Assembly: GCA_963722255.1 (NCBI GenBank)
Contig: CAVRJO010000001.1
Location: 192,001 to 256,000, forward strand
DNA length: 64,000 nucleotides
Reading direction: 5' to 3'
Source: Candidatus Babeliales bacterium
GTDB lineage: Bacteria > Babelota > Babeliae > Babelales > JANWKD01
This document shows positions 30,133 to 39,972 of this stretch, piece by piece. The translations under genes and the position numbers were made by a program. The notes under the pieces are model-generated. The model did no database searches. It had not been told where the DNA came from and worked only from the letters and a program-made list of their open reading frames with translations. The first letter of the stretch is position 1. Each line of letters starts with the position of its first letter.

Positions 30133-31407
30133 TTACGAAATAACACAAAAGGCGTTTTTATCCAATATAACATGCTCTTTTAAACAAGAATAAAGAACAG
30201 GATCTTTTATCATCTCACGATAACCGGCTTGAGCCTCAGGGCTGTTTGAAAAACTCAATGTATCTGAATATGCCGCTTTTTTGCCTATCATAACAAAGAG
30301 CAAAGCATATTCTGCTTTTAAATTTTTTAATGAATTTGCTAATGAACGATAGGTTAAAAACCAAGTAGCCAGCTTTTTTTTACATAAAATCTGGTGATCC
30401 GAAACAACTTTTCCCTCTTTGTCAAACACATAGGGACCCGATTCTTCGACACATTTAAAAAATCGAGCTTCTTTTTCCGGCTTTCTTACATTGTAACGTA
30501 TAAGTTCATTATCCCAGGTACTTGCTAAAAGCAATTTTGAATTTAATGAAAATGATACCGTAGAAACATGAGCATTCTTTGCAACAAATTTAGTAATACG
30601 CTTTTGTGTTTCGACTGAATAAATATGGATAGCTGCGTGGAGCTCTCCTTGAGAGACAAGAGCAATCTTTGATCCATCAGGAGAAAGGCAAATATCTTTT
30701 ATAGTATGAACATAACGAGCAATTTTATCATAAATAATTTGGCCGGTTCTTACATTAATAATCGTTACCCCTCTACCTAACTCGGCATACGCACAAAGCG
30801 ATTTGTCTGCTGAAAATGCTAGAGCTACAATTTTTTTATTCTTAATCGATTCTCTTACCTCATCGTAAGCTTTAGTCTTTAAATGCTTAGAAACAATTTT
30901 TTGTCCAAGCAACACAGAAAGCTCATAAGGAATATCAAAAGAAGCAACCCAGTTAAAAACATCTTCAATAGAGTTATGATCCGCTTCTGCAATGATAACT
31001 TCTGAAAGATAATTTAAAAAAAAGTTTATAAGGGGTTCACAGTTTAAAAAGTTTACAGTATTTAATAATTTAATACAGCGAACTATTGTTCTATCATTTT
31101 CTTGAAAAAATCTATCTTTTAATAAATTTTTTTGTTCATGAGCATCGTGACATTTAGCAACAATATCAAGAAGTGGTAAAAGAGCTATAAAGTTTTTTGA
31201 TTTTATGGGTACAAAAAATTTATCATATTGAATAACATCAGAATCATCAATGACATGTAAGAATGTTTTTGACGAATTGATACTCATTTTATGAATACTA
31301 AATTCTTTTGCGTCTTTGGTTACGGTCGTTATATAATCCATGGTGTAACTAGCATTAAATACCAGCAACAAAGAAGTTACCTGTATATATTTTAGCAAAA
31401 ATTTCAT
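30133..31407 (-). CDS. Secreted Skp1/BTB-like + WD40 protein
   Basis: Signal peptide; LLNTVNFLNCEPLI; AFSADKS, LSPDGSKIA, FSLNSKLL. Confidence 0.72.
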   Translation of the reverse strand: MKFLLKYIQVTSLLLVFNASYTMDYITTVTKDAKEFSIHKMSINSSKTFLHVIDDSDVIQYDKFFVPIKSKNFIALLPLLDIVAKCHDAHEQKNLLKDRFFQENDRTIVRCIKLLNTVNFLNCEPLINFFLNYLSEVIIAEADHNSIEDVFNWVASFDIPYELSVLLGQKIVSKHLKTKAYDEVRESIKNKKIVALAFSADKSLCAYAELGRGVTIINVRTGQIIYDKIARYVHTIKDICLSPDGSKIALVSQGELHAAIHIYSVETQKRITKFVAKNAHVSTVSFSLNSKLLLASTWDNELIRYNVRKPEKEARFFKCVEESGPYVFDKEGKVVSDHQILCKKKLATWFLTYRSLANSLKNLKAEYALLFVMIGKKAAYSDTLSFSNSPEAQAGYREMIKDPVLYSCLKEHVILDKNAFCVIS

Positions 31408-31676
31408 AAGTGCGTCTCCATTTTTTTTATTTAAATTAGTTTATTCTTTCTAAGATCTAAGCATATCAGATTAAAATATATTGTCAAATAGAAAAACTAT
31501 AGAATTATAAAAATTACTATATTCTTCAGGAATTATAGCTATATGAGGGCGATTATAGCTCATTACTATAGAAAATATTAATTTTATTTACTATTTGTAA
31601 TATTATTATGTATAATAGTATTAATAAAGCTCGATAATTTTTTTATAAAATAACAGTAAAAACATGGAGTTCAAAT

Positions 31677-32735
31677 ATGAATCTTATTTACAGCAAATAT
31701 CTAAACCTTCTATTCAAAAACATCGCCGTTATTGTGTTTTTGTTTTTAATCAATAACACTTTTTGTAATAATTTATCACAGTATGGATCACTTTTCCCCA
31801 AAGAAGAATATGAACATTATTTGAATTTAATACGTACAATTGATGCGGAAGCATACAAAAAGCTCGTAGGATTTGAAATTAAAAATGATCAAGATGGGCT
31901 TTTAAATGGCAATTATCTAGAAATAATTTCAGGAAATGAAGAAAGCAATGGGTATCCAATTATTGTAATGCCATCAATAATGGATTGGACTATAAATGCA
32001 CAAAAGGATTTTTTGAAAAATAATATTCTTAGCACATATAATCAAATGCCAATAATTTCCAAAATAACCGAAAGTGAACGTCACAACACCTTAGAAATTA
32101 TTAATCAAATCGACCCCAAATTATATACATTAATTACAAATGTTGATCCTGAGGGTATAAAACATATTGAAAGAGACTATTCTAGTGGCCCAATAGCAAG
32201 TACTGCCTCAGAAGACGATGGCTTACCAATTATACTTATAGGAGAAAAAGTTAAGCTTCTCAGCACAGAAGAAAAAAAAGCAGTCATAGCCCATGAATTA
32301 GGCCACTTTGCCCTAGAGCATGTAAAAGAACGTAAAGGACCAATTATTGCTTTAAAAATAACTGTTGATCCTAAAAAAAATACAAAAATCGTTACAGGTC
32401 AACTTCCCTTTGAAGAAACTTTCGATTTAGCTTATAGCAGAATAAATGAATACGAAGCTGATAGGTTTTCAGTAATAAATTTAGGTATTGATGTCGATAC
32501 AGCAATAGCAACACAAAAGAAATTAATCTCAGATGAATTTAATAAATCATTATCAGAATTACAAAGAGAAACCTTCAAAAGAACGCACCCCTGGGGAAAA
32601 GATCGTATTGCTCATTTTAATGAATTACGAAGAGAAGTAGAATTAAATAAAGCTCGTAATAAGCAACAAAAACCAATCCAATGGGAAGAAATTGCAAAAG
32701 ATTATGTAAAATGGTTTTCTGAGCATCCATTATAA
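31677..32735 (+). CDS. Secreted M48-family zinc metalloprotease
   Basis: Signal peptide; AVIAHELGH, SRINEYEAD, THP...RI. Confidence 0.82.
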   Translation: MNLIYSKYLNLLFKNIAVIVFLFLINNTFCNNLSQYGSLFPKEEYEHYLNLIRTIDAEAYKKLVGFEIKNDQDGLLNGNYLEIISGNEESNGYPIIVMPSIMDWTINAQKDFLKNNILSTYNQMPIISKITESERHNTLEIINQIDPKLYTLITNVDPEGIKHIERDYSSGPIASTASEDDGLPIILIGEKVKLLSTEEKKAVIAHELGHFALEHVKERKGPIIALKITVDPKKNTKIVTGQLPFEETFDLAYSRINEYEADRFSVINLGIDVDTAIATQKKLISDEFNKSLSELQRETFKRTHPWGKDRIAHFNELRREVELNKARNKQQKPIQWEEIAKDYVKWFSEHPL

Positions 32736-32846
32736 TTGATAACACTTGGATGGATTTATTAATGAAATGTGAATTCGATCTAAAGATTTAATAATTTTCC
32801 CACGTAAATAATGATGAATAAGAGGAGATAACTTTATAATAAAATC

Positions 32847-32963
32847 GTCATTCTGAGCGAAGCGTGGGAATCCAGACTTATTATAATTTTCATTATAAAA
32901 TGATTTATTTTTATTAACCCGGATCTCTACGTCACTACACTTCGTTTTGTTCCTCAAGATGAC
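32847..32963. repeat. REP/RPE-like palindromic element between convergent genes
   Basis: GTCATTCTGAGCGAAGCG...GAATCC at left, GGATCTC...CTTCG...CTCAAGATGAC at right; GC-rich ends pair. Confidence 0.65.
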
Positions 32964-33041
32964 ACTTGTGCTCAATTTCTCATTTAATTTTTTTAATTTT
33001 TCTTACTTCTAATTCGCGTTATATTAAGTAGTAAACTTCAA

Positions 33042-34133
33042 TTATTTTAAATAACTTAGAATACCTACAACAAGCTCAATAAAAATAAGAACAATAATAA
33101 GAACAGATAAGAAATCTTCGCGAATCGAATCAACTTTATTTTGATACACTGAGTTAAGATCTTTGATTATTTCTAATTTAGAGTTGATAGATTCTTTCCA
33201 TTTTTTTAATTCAAGCTTTTCAACAAGAACAGAATAGAGTTCAGAAATATACTCTTCTCCGGCAATCTTTATACTACTTTCTAGCCGTTCAATGATTACT
33301 GAGATTTCTACTTTCAAAATACCAAGCGAACCAATAAGGTCTTTTGGTAACGATCCAATAAAGGGCATATATACTTTTAATGGCAATGAACGAACTTCTC
33401 TTTGGTACACAACATTAAGTTGTTGATCAAGCATACGATCAAAATATTGTAGTTCTAACTGTTGAATATTAGCAAACTCAAATAAGTCTAGAATATCTTC
33501 ATATTCATCATCATAAACAAATGCTGCTTGCGTATCGATAATAAAAAGATCTTCTCGATAATAACCCAAGGCAGAATTTAAAATTTCATCTTTTTGATAT
33601 TCACTCAAATTTTCCGTTTCAAAGCGAAGCAATGATGCAATTACTCCTGCATACATATCTTTAAAGTTCACAACGGAAATATTTTCAGGTTGAGGATCAA
33701 CCTGAATGACAACATACGAGGTACGTAAATGAAAAAAACGTGCTTGTTTGACGTGTTGTTTAATTACTTTAAAAATCGAAGTTGCATCAATCACACCCTG
33801 CTCCTGAAATTCAGGATCGATTGCTACAAGTTTTTTTCTAACATTCTCAAGCGTATCTCTAAAGGGAATTTTATAGGCCAATGAAATGACACCAAAACCA
33901 TGTAAATTTGCATGACTAAATTTTGAACTGATATGAGGATGTGGTAAATCAATTGGTAAGGGAGTATGATAATTTTTAAAATATTTTGATAGAGTCAATG
34001 GTCTTACCAAAACGGCCTCTGATTGGCGAACCTTTTCTAAATTTATATCTTCACCAATATCAAATGCCTGAAAAATAAAAATATTGCCAGAAAAAATATG
34101 CTGTTGATTTTTGGCATTAGCATCATTAATCAT
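33042..34133 (-). CDS. Conserved hypothetical protein (RMD1/DUF155-like) with C-terminal TM
   Basis: AFDIGEDINL, FGVISL, EFANIQQLELQYFD..LD, LIIVLIFIE. Confidence 0.65.
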   Translation of the reverse strand: MINDANAKNQQHIFSGNIFIFQAFDIGEDINLEKVRQSEAVLVRPLTLSKYFKNYHTPLPIDLPHPHISSKFSHANLHGFGVISLAYKIPFRDTLENVRKKLVAIDPEFQEQGVIDATSIFKVIKQHVKQARFFHLRTSYVVIQVDPQPENISVVNFKDMYAGVIASLLRFETENLSEYQKDEILNSALGYYREDLFIIDTQAAFVYDDEYEDILDLFEFANIQQLELQYFDRMLDQQLNVVYQREVRSLPLKVYMPFIGSLPKDLIGSLGILKVEISVIIERLESSIKIAGEEYISELYSVLVEKLELKKWKESINSKLEIIKDLNSVYQNKVDSIREDFLSVLIIVLIFIELVVGILSYLK

Positions 34134-34193
34134 TTTCTTCCTCTACACATTTTTATTCTTTACACTCTTAAAAATCATCATCATAAAAATCAA

Positions 34194-36017
34194 CTATTCT
34201 GTTTTTTTCAATATTGCAAAGGCTTCTTGTGGCAATTCAACGTTACCAACTTTTTTCATCTTCTTTTTACCTTCTTTTTGTTTTTCAAGAAGCTTCTTTT
34301 TACGGGTAATATCGCCGCCATAACATTTTGCAATAACATCCTTACGTAAAGCAGAGATTGATTCTCGAGCAAGAATTCTTGATCCTATTGCAGCTTGAAT
34401 TACAACTTCAAAAAGTTGTCTCGGGATTACTTTACGTAATTTTCCAACCATATCTCGCCCAATATAGTAGGCATTATCAGCATGAACAATAAGCGCTAAA
34501 GCATCAACAGGCTTACCACAAATCAATATATCCATTTTAACGAGTTCTGAAGGCTGATATCCTGCCTCTTCATAATCAAAACTAGCATACCCGGAACTTA
34601 ACGATTTAAGCTCATCATAAAAATTGGTTGCTACCTCATTTAAAGGCAAGATATATTTCAGGATAAGACGATCTTCAGTAAGATAGGACATATCTTTTTG
34701 TTCACCGCGTCTTTCTTGGCAAAGCTTTATAATGTTTCCCAAATATTGTTTAGGTAAAATAATGGTAGCATTAATTATAGGCTCTAAAATCTCATCAATT
34801 TTTTGTGGTTCGGGAAAATCATTAGGGTTTTCAATATCGATAATATCGCCCGTATGAGCAATCTTAACTCTATAACGAACACTTGGAGCTGTTACTATTA
34901 CTGTTACATCATACTCTTGCTCTAAACGCTGTTTAAAGACATCCATGTGTAAAAGGCCCAAGAATCCGCATCTGAACCCAAGCCCTAAAGCAGTTGATGT
35001 GGTCTTTTCTACCGTAACACTCGCATCATTTAACGTTAATTTTTCGATTGCATCTCTTAAAATTTCAAATTCAGAACTATCTACAGGAAAAATTCCTGCA
35101 AAAACCATTGGTTTTGAAGGTTTGAATCCGGGGAATGGTGTCACCTCTTTTTTGGCATGAAAAACAGTATCACCAACGCGTGCTTCACGAACTGTTTTCA
35201 TACCGGCAACTAAATAACCAACTTGCCCTGCATAAAGGGCTTCAACCGGCATTTCATCGGGGTACATAAGACCAATTTCAAGAACCTCATAGGTTCTATC
35301 TGTTTGGGCAAAGGTAATTGAATCTCCGACGCGAATGGTTCCATCTTTTATTGCAATTAAACAAATCACACCCTTGTATTCATTAAACCATGAATCAAAA
35401 AGCAATGCTTTAAGGGGTTGATCACTTTGCGATTTTGGCGCAGGCATACGCGTTACAATTGCTTCTAAAATGAGATCAATTCCGATTCCATTTTTTGCTG
35501 AAGCTAAAATATTTTCATCAATACCAATATCAAAGAGATTTTTTAACTCTTGAGCAACTGATGCAGGATCTGCAGCTGCCATATCAATTTTATTTATTAC
35601 AGGAACAATGGTTAAATCTTGGTCAAAAGCAAGATAAAAATTTGCCATAGTTTGAGCTTGAACACCTTGTGCAGCATCTACAAGTAATAAGGCTCCTTGG
35701 CATGCATAAAGCGATCGAGAAACTTCATAACTAAAATCAACATGCCCCGGGGTGTCAATTAAATTAAGGAGGTACATCTGCCCTTTATATTCATAAAACA
35801 TCGAAGCAGTTTGAGCTTTTACGGTGATCCCACGTTCTTGCTCAACCTTTAACTTATCCAAAAACTGTTCATGACGTTTTCTATCGGTTAAGGTACCGGT
35901 TACCTCAAGCAAACGGTCTGCCAACGTTGATTTACCATGATCAATATGAGCAATAATAGAAAAGTTTCTAATATGTTCAGGTTTAAAATCTTTGAGATTG
36001 ATTGTTTTCAAATCCAT
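34194..36017 (-). CDS. lepA: Elongation factor 4
   Basis: IRNFSIIAHIDHGKSTLADR, DTPGHVDF, NKID, AKCYGGDITRKKKLLEKQKEGKK. Confidence 0.97.
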   Translation of the reverse strand: MDLKTINLKDFKPEHIRNFSIIAHIDHGKSTLADRLLEVTGTLTDRKRHEQFLDKLKVEQERGITVKAQTASMFYEYKGQMYLLNLIDTPGHVDFSYEVSRSLYACQGALLLVDAAQGVQAQTMANFYLAFDQDLTIVPVINKIDMAAADPASVAQELKNLFDIGIDENILASAKNGIGIDLILEAIVTRMPAPKSQSDQPLKALLFDSWFNEYKGVICLIAIKDGTIRVGDSITFAQTDRTYEVLEIGLMYPDEMPVEALYAGQVGYLVAGMKTVREARVGDTVFHAKKEVTPFPGFKPSKPMVFAGIFPVDSSEFEILRDAIEKLTLNDASVTVEKTTSTALGLGFRCGFLGLLHMDVFKQRLEQEYDVTVIVTAPSVRYRVKIAHTGDIIDIENPNDFPEPQKIDEILEPIINATIILPKQYLGNIIKLCQERRGEQKDMSYLTEDRLILKYILPLNEVATNFYDELKSLSSGYASFDYEEAGYQPSELVKMDILICGKPVDALALIVHADNAYYIGRDMVGKLRKVIPRQLFEVVIQAAIGSRILARESISALRKDVIAKCYGGDITRKKKLLEKQKEGKKKMKKVGNVELPQEAFAILKKTE

Positions 36018-36155
36018 TTTGCAGCTATTTTCAGTTTAATTCATATAAAATAAATATTTTTTTAGCTCACAATGCTAATCTTTAATAGTGTACGCTATGG
36101 GCATATATTTGTAAAATAGGAAGAATTTAATCAATCTTACCAGCATATGGGGTAA

Positions 36156-36230
36156 TCAACCTTTTGTAACGACATCTTTGGCTAGATCCATCGCTGTTCT
36201 GCCATCTTCGCTTCTTTGAGTAAGATGAAT
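36156..36230 (-). pseudogene. Possible ankyrin-repeat gene remnant
   Basis: Translates HLTQRSEDGRTAMDLAKDVVTKG*; GxTAxDLA motif, no start. Confidence 0.4.
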
Positions 36231-36267
36231 ACTTTAATTATTCTTATCAAAATTTATGATAACAAAA

Positions 36268-36310
36268 ATGGTATTTAAGTAATCGAACGATTCGTTAACC
36301 TAAATACCAT
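36268..36310 (-). terminator. Terminator after rpsT
   Basis: ATGGTATTTA...TAAATACCAT stem, T-run on minus strand. Confidence 0.6.
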
Positions 36311-36327
36311 ACTATATTTTATTAGAA

Positions 36328-36603
36328 TTACTGAGCGCGAGCGGCAGCAGCAACTTTTTTAGCTAATCTGCTAACTTTGCGAGAAGCTGTTTTTGGATGG
36401 AGTGTATTTTTGCCCTTAGCACGAGACAATTGAGATTCAGCATCTTTTAATAATGCCTTTAATTGTTCAATATCTGCGCCTTGCTCTAGAGAAACTAAAA
36501 CCTTTTTTACAGAGGTTTTAATTGATGATCTACGAGCTAAATTTTTTTTAGCCTTAAAAATATTTTTTTTTGCTTGTCTTTTAGCTGACTTTGTATTTGC
36601 CAT
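36328..36603 (-). CDS. rpsT: 30S ribosomal protein S20
   Basis: MANTKSAKRQ, LHPKTASRKVSRL. Confidence 0.95.
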   Translation of the reverse strand: MANTKSAKRQAKKNIFKAKKNLARRSSIKTSVKKVLVSLEQGADIEQLKALLKDAESQLSRAKGKNTLHPKTASRKVSRLAKKVAAAARAQ

Positions 36604-36620
36604 AATAACCTTATATAACC

Positions 36621-36824
36621 TTAAACTACTTTTTCAACCTTACCTGCTTTTACACATTTTGTGCATACCGCGCCGCGTACAACATTTCTTGAACCCGAAC
36701 CGGTTACAATGAAACACATCTTATGCACATTTGGATAAATCCATCGCTTAACACGGTTTCTTGCATGGCTCACAAGGTTTCCAACTTGAGGACGCTTGCT
36801 GCAAACAAAACAAATTCTTGACAT
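36621..36824 (-). CDS. rpmB: 50S ribosomal protein L28
   Basis: MSRIC..C.K.PQVGNLVSHA.N.VKR..YPN...CTKC. Confidence 0.93.
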   Translation of the reverse strand: MSRICFVCSKRPQVGNLVSHARNRVKRWIYPNVHKMCFIVTGSGSRNVVRGAVCTKCVKAGKVEKVV

Positions 36825-36988
36825 GGTACCCAAAATCCTTTCTGTATAACTCAATATTTTTTAATTATAACGTATAAATAACGTTTTTTCAAACCTGATT
36901 TGTTATTTTTTTTATTGAGCTGCAAATTTTCTTGATGAAAAATTATTTTTTTTACTTTTTAGAGAAGCTTTATCTGTTTTTAAATCTA

Positions 36989-37031
36989 ATTATGCGCGCT
37001 CATGATAAATTTTACCATGAGCGCGCATAAT
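36989..37031 (-). terminator. 16-bp hairpin downstream of ftsH
   Basis: ATTATGCGCGCTCATG / CATGAGCGCGCATAAT. Confidence 0.7.
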
Positions 37032-37059
37032 ATGCAATTTATAAGAGTCAATCAAACTC

Positions 37060-39711
37060 TTAGGTAAGTTTAAAATCCTGACGAGGCTCAATACCAAGAA
37101 GTTGATATATTTCACTCGCAAAAAGCGTTTCTTTATCAAAAAGATGATTTGCCAAAGTATCCAATTTATCTCTATGCTGAATCATCATAGTTTTAACTTT
37201 TTCATAGGCATTGGCCAAAAGTTTTTGAACTTCTGCATCAATCCGCTCTGCTGTCTTCTGAGAATAGGTATATTCACCATGTTGTTGCTTATAAACTACC
37301 AATCCAAGCTCCTCAGACATTCCATACGAACAAATCATTTTACGCGCTATATCAGATGCCTTTTCAAAATCATTAGAAGCACCGGTTCCTATTACGTTAA
37401 AGACCAGCTCTTCAGCAACACGGCCTCCTAAGCAAACCATAATCACTGCAAACATTTCCTCTTTGGTTTGCGTATACTTTTCTCGTTCAGGCAATGAATG
37501 TGTTACACCCAAAGCTCTTCCTCTAGGAATAATGGTCACCTTATGAAGCGGATCACTGAGATCAGGAAGCAAAAGTCGTACCAAAGCATGCCCAGATTCA
37601 TGAAATGCCGTAATTTTACGCTCTTCTTCTGAAAGCACTATAGTCTTCAACTCTTTGCCCAACATGATCTTATCGCGCGCTTCTTCAAAATCGTTAATAG
37701 TGACCATAGATTGATCATTATCTCTGGAAGCATGTAAAGCCGATTCATTCACAAGGTTTGCTAAATCAGCTCCTGAAAAGCCCGGTGTTCCACGTGCAAC
37801 CTTCTTTAAATCAACCGAAGGATCTATGATAATATTTTTAGCATGCAGTTCTAAAATTTTCTCACGGCTTTGTAAGTCAGGGTAAGGAATCTCAACCTTT
37901 CTATCAAAACGGCCGGCACGCAAAAGTGCAGGATCAAGAGAATCGGGTCTATTGGTTGCAGCAATAACTATAACCGAGCTCGTTGCTGAATCAAAACCAT
38001 CCATTTCAGTGAGCAGCTGATTGAGCGTCTGGTTACGTTCATCATTGCCACCCCCGTTTTTCCCGGAGCCTCTATGGCTTCCCACTGCATCTATTTCATC
38101 AATAAATATAATACTAGGATTATGCTTTCTTGCCTGGTTGAAGAGATCACGAACACGAGAAGCACCCACACCAACATACATTTCTACAAATTCTGATGCA
38201 CTCACATTGAAAAATGGACAATTAGCTTCCCCTGCAACGGCTTTGGCGAGTAATGTTTTACCATTACCCGGATCACCAATAAGCAAAACACCACGGGTAA
38301 TCTTAGCGCCCAATCGCTTATATTTTTCAGGATTTTTAAGAAATTCTACAATATCTCGTAGCTCTTCTTTGGCTTCTTGCATGCCTGCAACTTGGTCAAA
38401 ATTACATTTAACCTGGGTAGGCATAAACATTTTAACGTTACTTGCACCCTTCACACCTTGTTGAGAATTACTCATGGGATTATTGTACGATTTAAGCATA
38501 GTCTTATGCGCATCTTCAATATCGGCCATCGTGACCTTATCTTGATTTTTTTTAGAAGCATTAATTGCGGCCTTATTCATTAAATTAGCTAAATCAGCTC
38601 CACTATAGCCAGCGGTTTCTTCAGCAATTTTTTTCAAATCCGCTTCCTTGTCAAGCTTAATAGCCTGAGCATGTATCTTTAAAATCTCTTCTCTGCTTTC
38701 AGAATCTGGAAAAGGGACATCAATGCGGCGATCAAATCTACCCGGCCTTACAAGCGCTTTATCAAGAACATCCGGCATATTGGTAGCTGCTAATACAACC
38801 ACAGAAGCTCCATTGGCTGTTTCAAAGCCATCCATTTCAGTTAAAAGTTGATTAAGCGTTTGCTCGCGCTCATCATGCCCGCCTCCAAAGCCACTGCCTC
38901 GTTGACGCCCAATTGCATCTATTTCATCAATAAACACAATGCTCGGTGCATTTTTACGAGCTTGGGCAAAAAGATCACGAACACGTGCAGCACCTACCCC
39001 CACAAATACTTCGATAAAATCCGATCCGGTAATACTAAAAAATGGGCAGTTAGCTTCACCTGCAACGGCCTTAGCAAGCAATGTTTTACCATTACCAGCT
39101 TCACCAACAAGTAATACTCCACGAGGAATTTTTGCCCCTAAACGTTTGTATTTTTCGGGATTTTTAAGAAAATCAACAACATCTTTAAGTTCATTCTTTG
39201 CATCATGAGCCCCGGCCACCGATTTAAAATTTACTTTAATAGCTGAAGGCATAAACATTTTTGCTTTACTTTTACCCATACTAAAAAGAGTACTCCCACC
39301 ACTTGAGCCACGAGACTGGCGGAAAAAGTACCAAACCAGCAAAGGCATAAAAAGGAATGAAAATAGGAGTAAAAGATGCCAAAAATTAAATTGACCTGTT
39401 ACAGGAGCTATAGAAAATTCAACGTCGTGTTGACGCAAGAGCTCTAAATTATTAGGATTTTCCGCTACCACTGTTTCAAAATGAGTATTATCGTTCAGAA
39501 CCCCAAAAACGTCCTGACCATTGATATGTACCGATTTAACCTCGTTTTTTTCAACAGCTTTCAAAAATGCTGAATAGGTCAGACGCTTCACCTGACGGGT
39601 ATAATCGGTTAATTTCGTTAATAATGCTATAGATATTACAAAAAAGATAATTGCGAAAATAAGGTTCTTTGGTCCGCGCACAAAAGGGTTATTCTTTAGT
39701 TTTTGTCTCAT
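37060..39711 (-). CDS. ftsH: Membrane-anchored FtsH with two tandem AAA+ domains and M41 protease
   Basis: TM-periplasmic (YSAFLKAV)-[10 protein letters not shown]...[15 protein letters not shown]...RAGRFDR; HESGH; probable start MRQKL at 39711. Confidence 0.93.
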   Translation of the reverse strand: MRQKLKNNPFVRGPKNLIFAIIFFVISIALLTKLTDYTRQVKRLTYSAFLKAVEKNEVKSVHINGQDVFGVLNDNTHFETVVAENPNNLELLRQHDVEFSIAPVTGQFNFWHLLLLFSFLFMPLLVWYFFRQSRGSSGGSTLFSMGKSKAKMFMPSAIKVNFKSVAGAHDAKNELKDVVDFLKNPEKYKRLGAKIPRGVLLVGEAGNGKTLLAKAVAGEANCPFFSITGSDFIEVFVGVGAARVRDLFAQARKNAPSIVFIDEIDAIGRQRGSGFGGGHDEREQTLNQLLTEMDGFETANGASVVVLAATNMPDVLDKALVRPGRFDRRIDVPFPDSESREEILKIHAQAIKLDKEADLKKIAEETAGYSGADLANLMNKAAINASKKNQDKVTMADIEDAHKTMLKSYNNPMSNSQQGVKGASNVKMFMPTQVKCNFDQVAGMQEAKEELRDIVEFLKNPEKYKRLGAKITRGVLLIGDPGNGKTLLAKAVAGEANCPFFNVSASEFVEMYVGVGASRVRDLFNQARKHNPSIIFIDEIDAVGSHRGSGKNGGGNDERNQTLNQLLTEMDGFDSATSSVIVIAATNRPDSLDPALLRAGRFDRKVEIPYPDLQSREKILELHAKNIIIDPSVDLKKVARGTPGFSGADLANLVNESALHASRDNDQSMVTINDFEEARDKIMLGKELKTIVLSEEERKITAFHESGHALVRLLLPDLSDPLHKVTIIPRGRALGVTHSLPEREKYTQTKEEMFAVIMVCLGGRVAEELVFNVIGTGASNDFEKASDIARKMICSYGMSEELGLVVYKQQHGEYTYSQKTAERIDAEVQKLLANAYEKVKTMMIQHRDKLDTLANHLFDKETLFASEIYQLLGIEPRQDFKLT

Positions 39712-39972
39712 ACTGATACCTATCGTGTTATAATAATAAACCAATGTTTCTAATAAATAATGCAAGCAGGACTTTATACATAAAATATTTACGGATATAC
39801 ATCCCGCGCATATATTCTAATTGTACTATAAAATTTAAAAAATGGAAAGTTATTCTTGATTATAGTCAAATATATCCTTTGTGTCGATGTTTTATGAAAC
39901 GAAATCCCTTGCAACTCCATTAAATGCTCGTTACATCATAATCTAAAATCGATTTTTAAAAAAGTTGATTTA

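Noticed and set aside
32730..32975. 81-aa minus-strand ORF
   Set aside because: Reads through the palindromic repeat; no protein features
37670..39240. Assembly duplication as explanation for the double AAA domain
   Set aside because: D1 and D2 differ throughout and the same architecture is in the 16966-19245 paralogue
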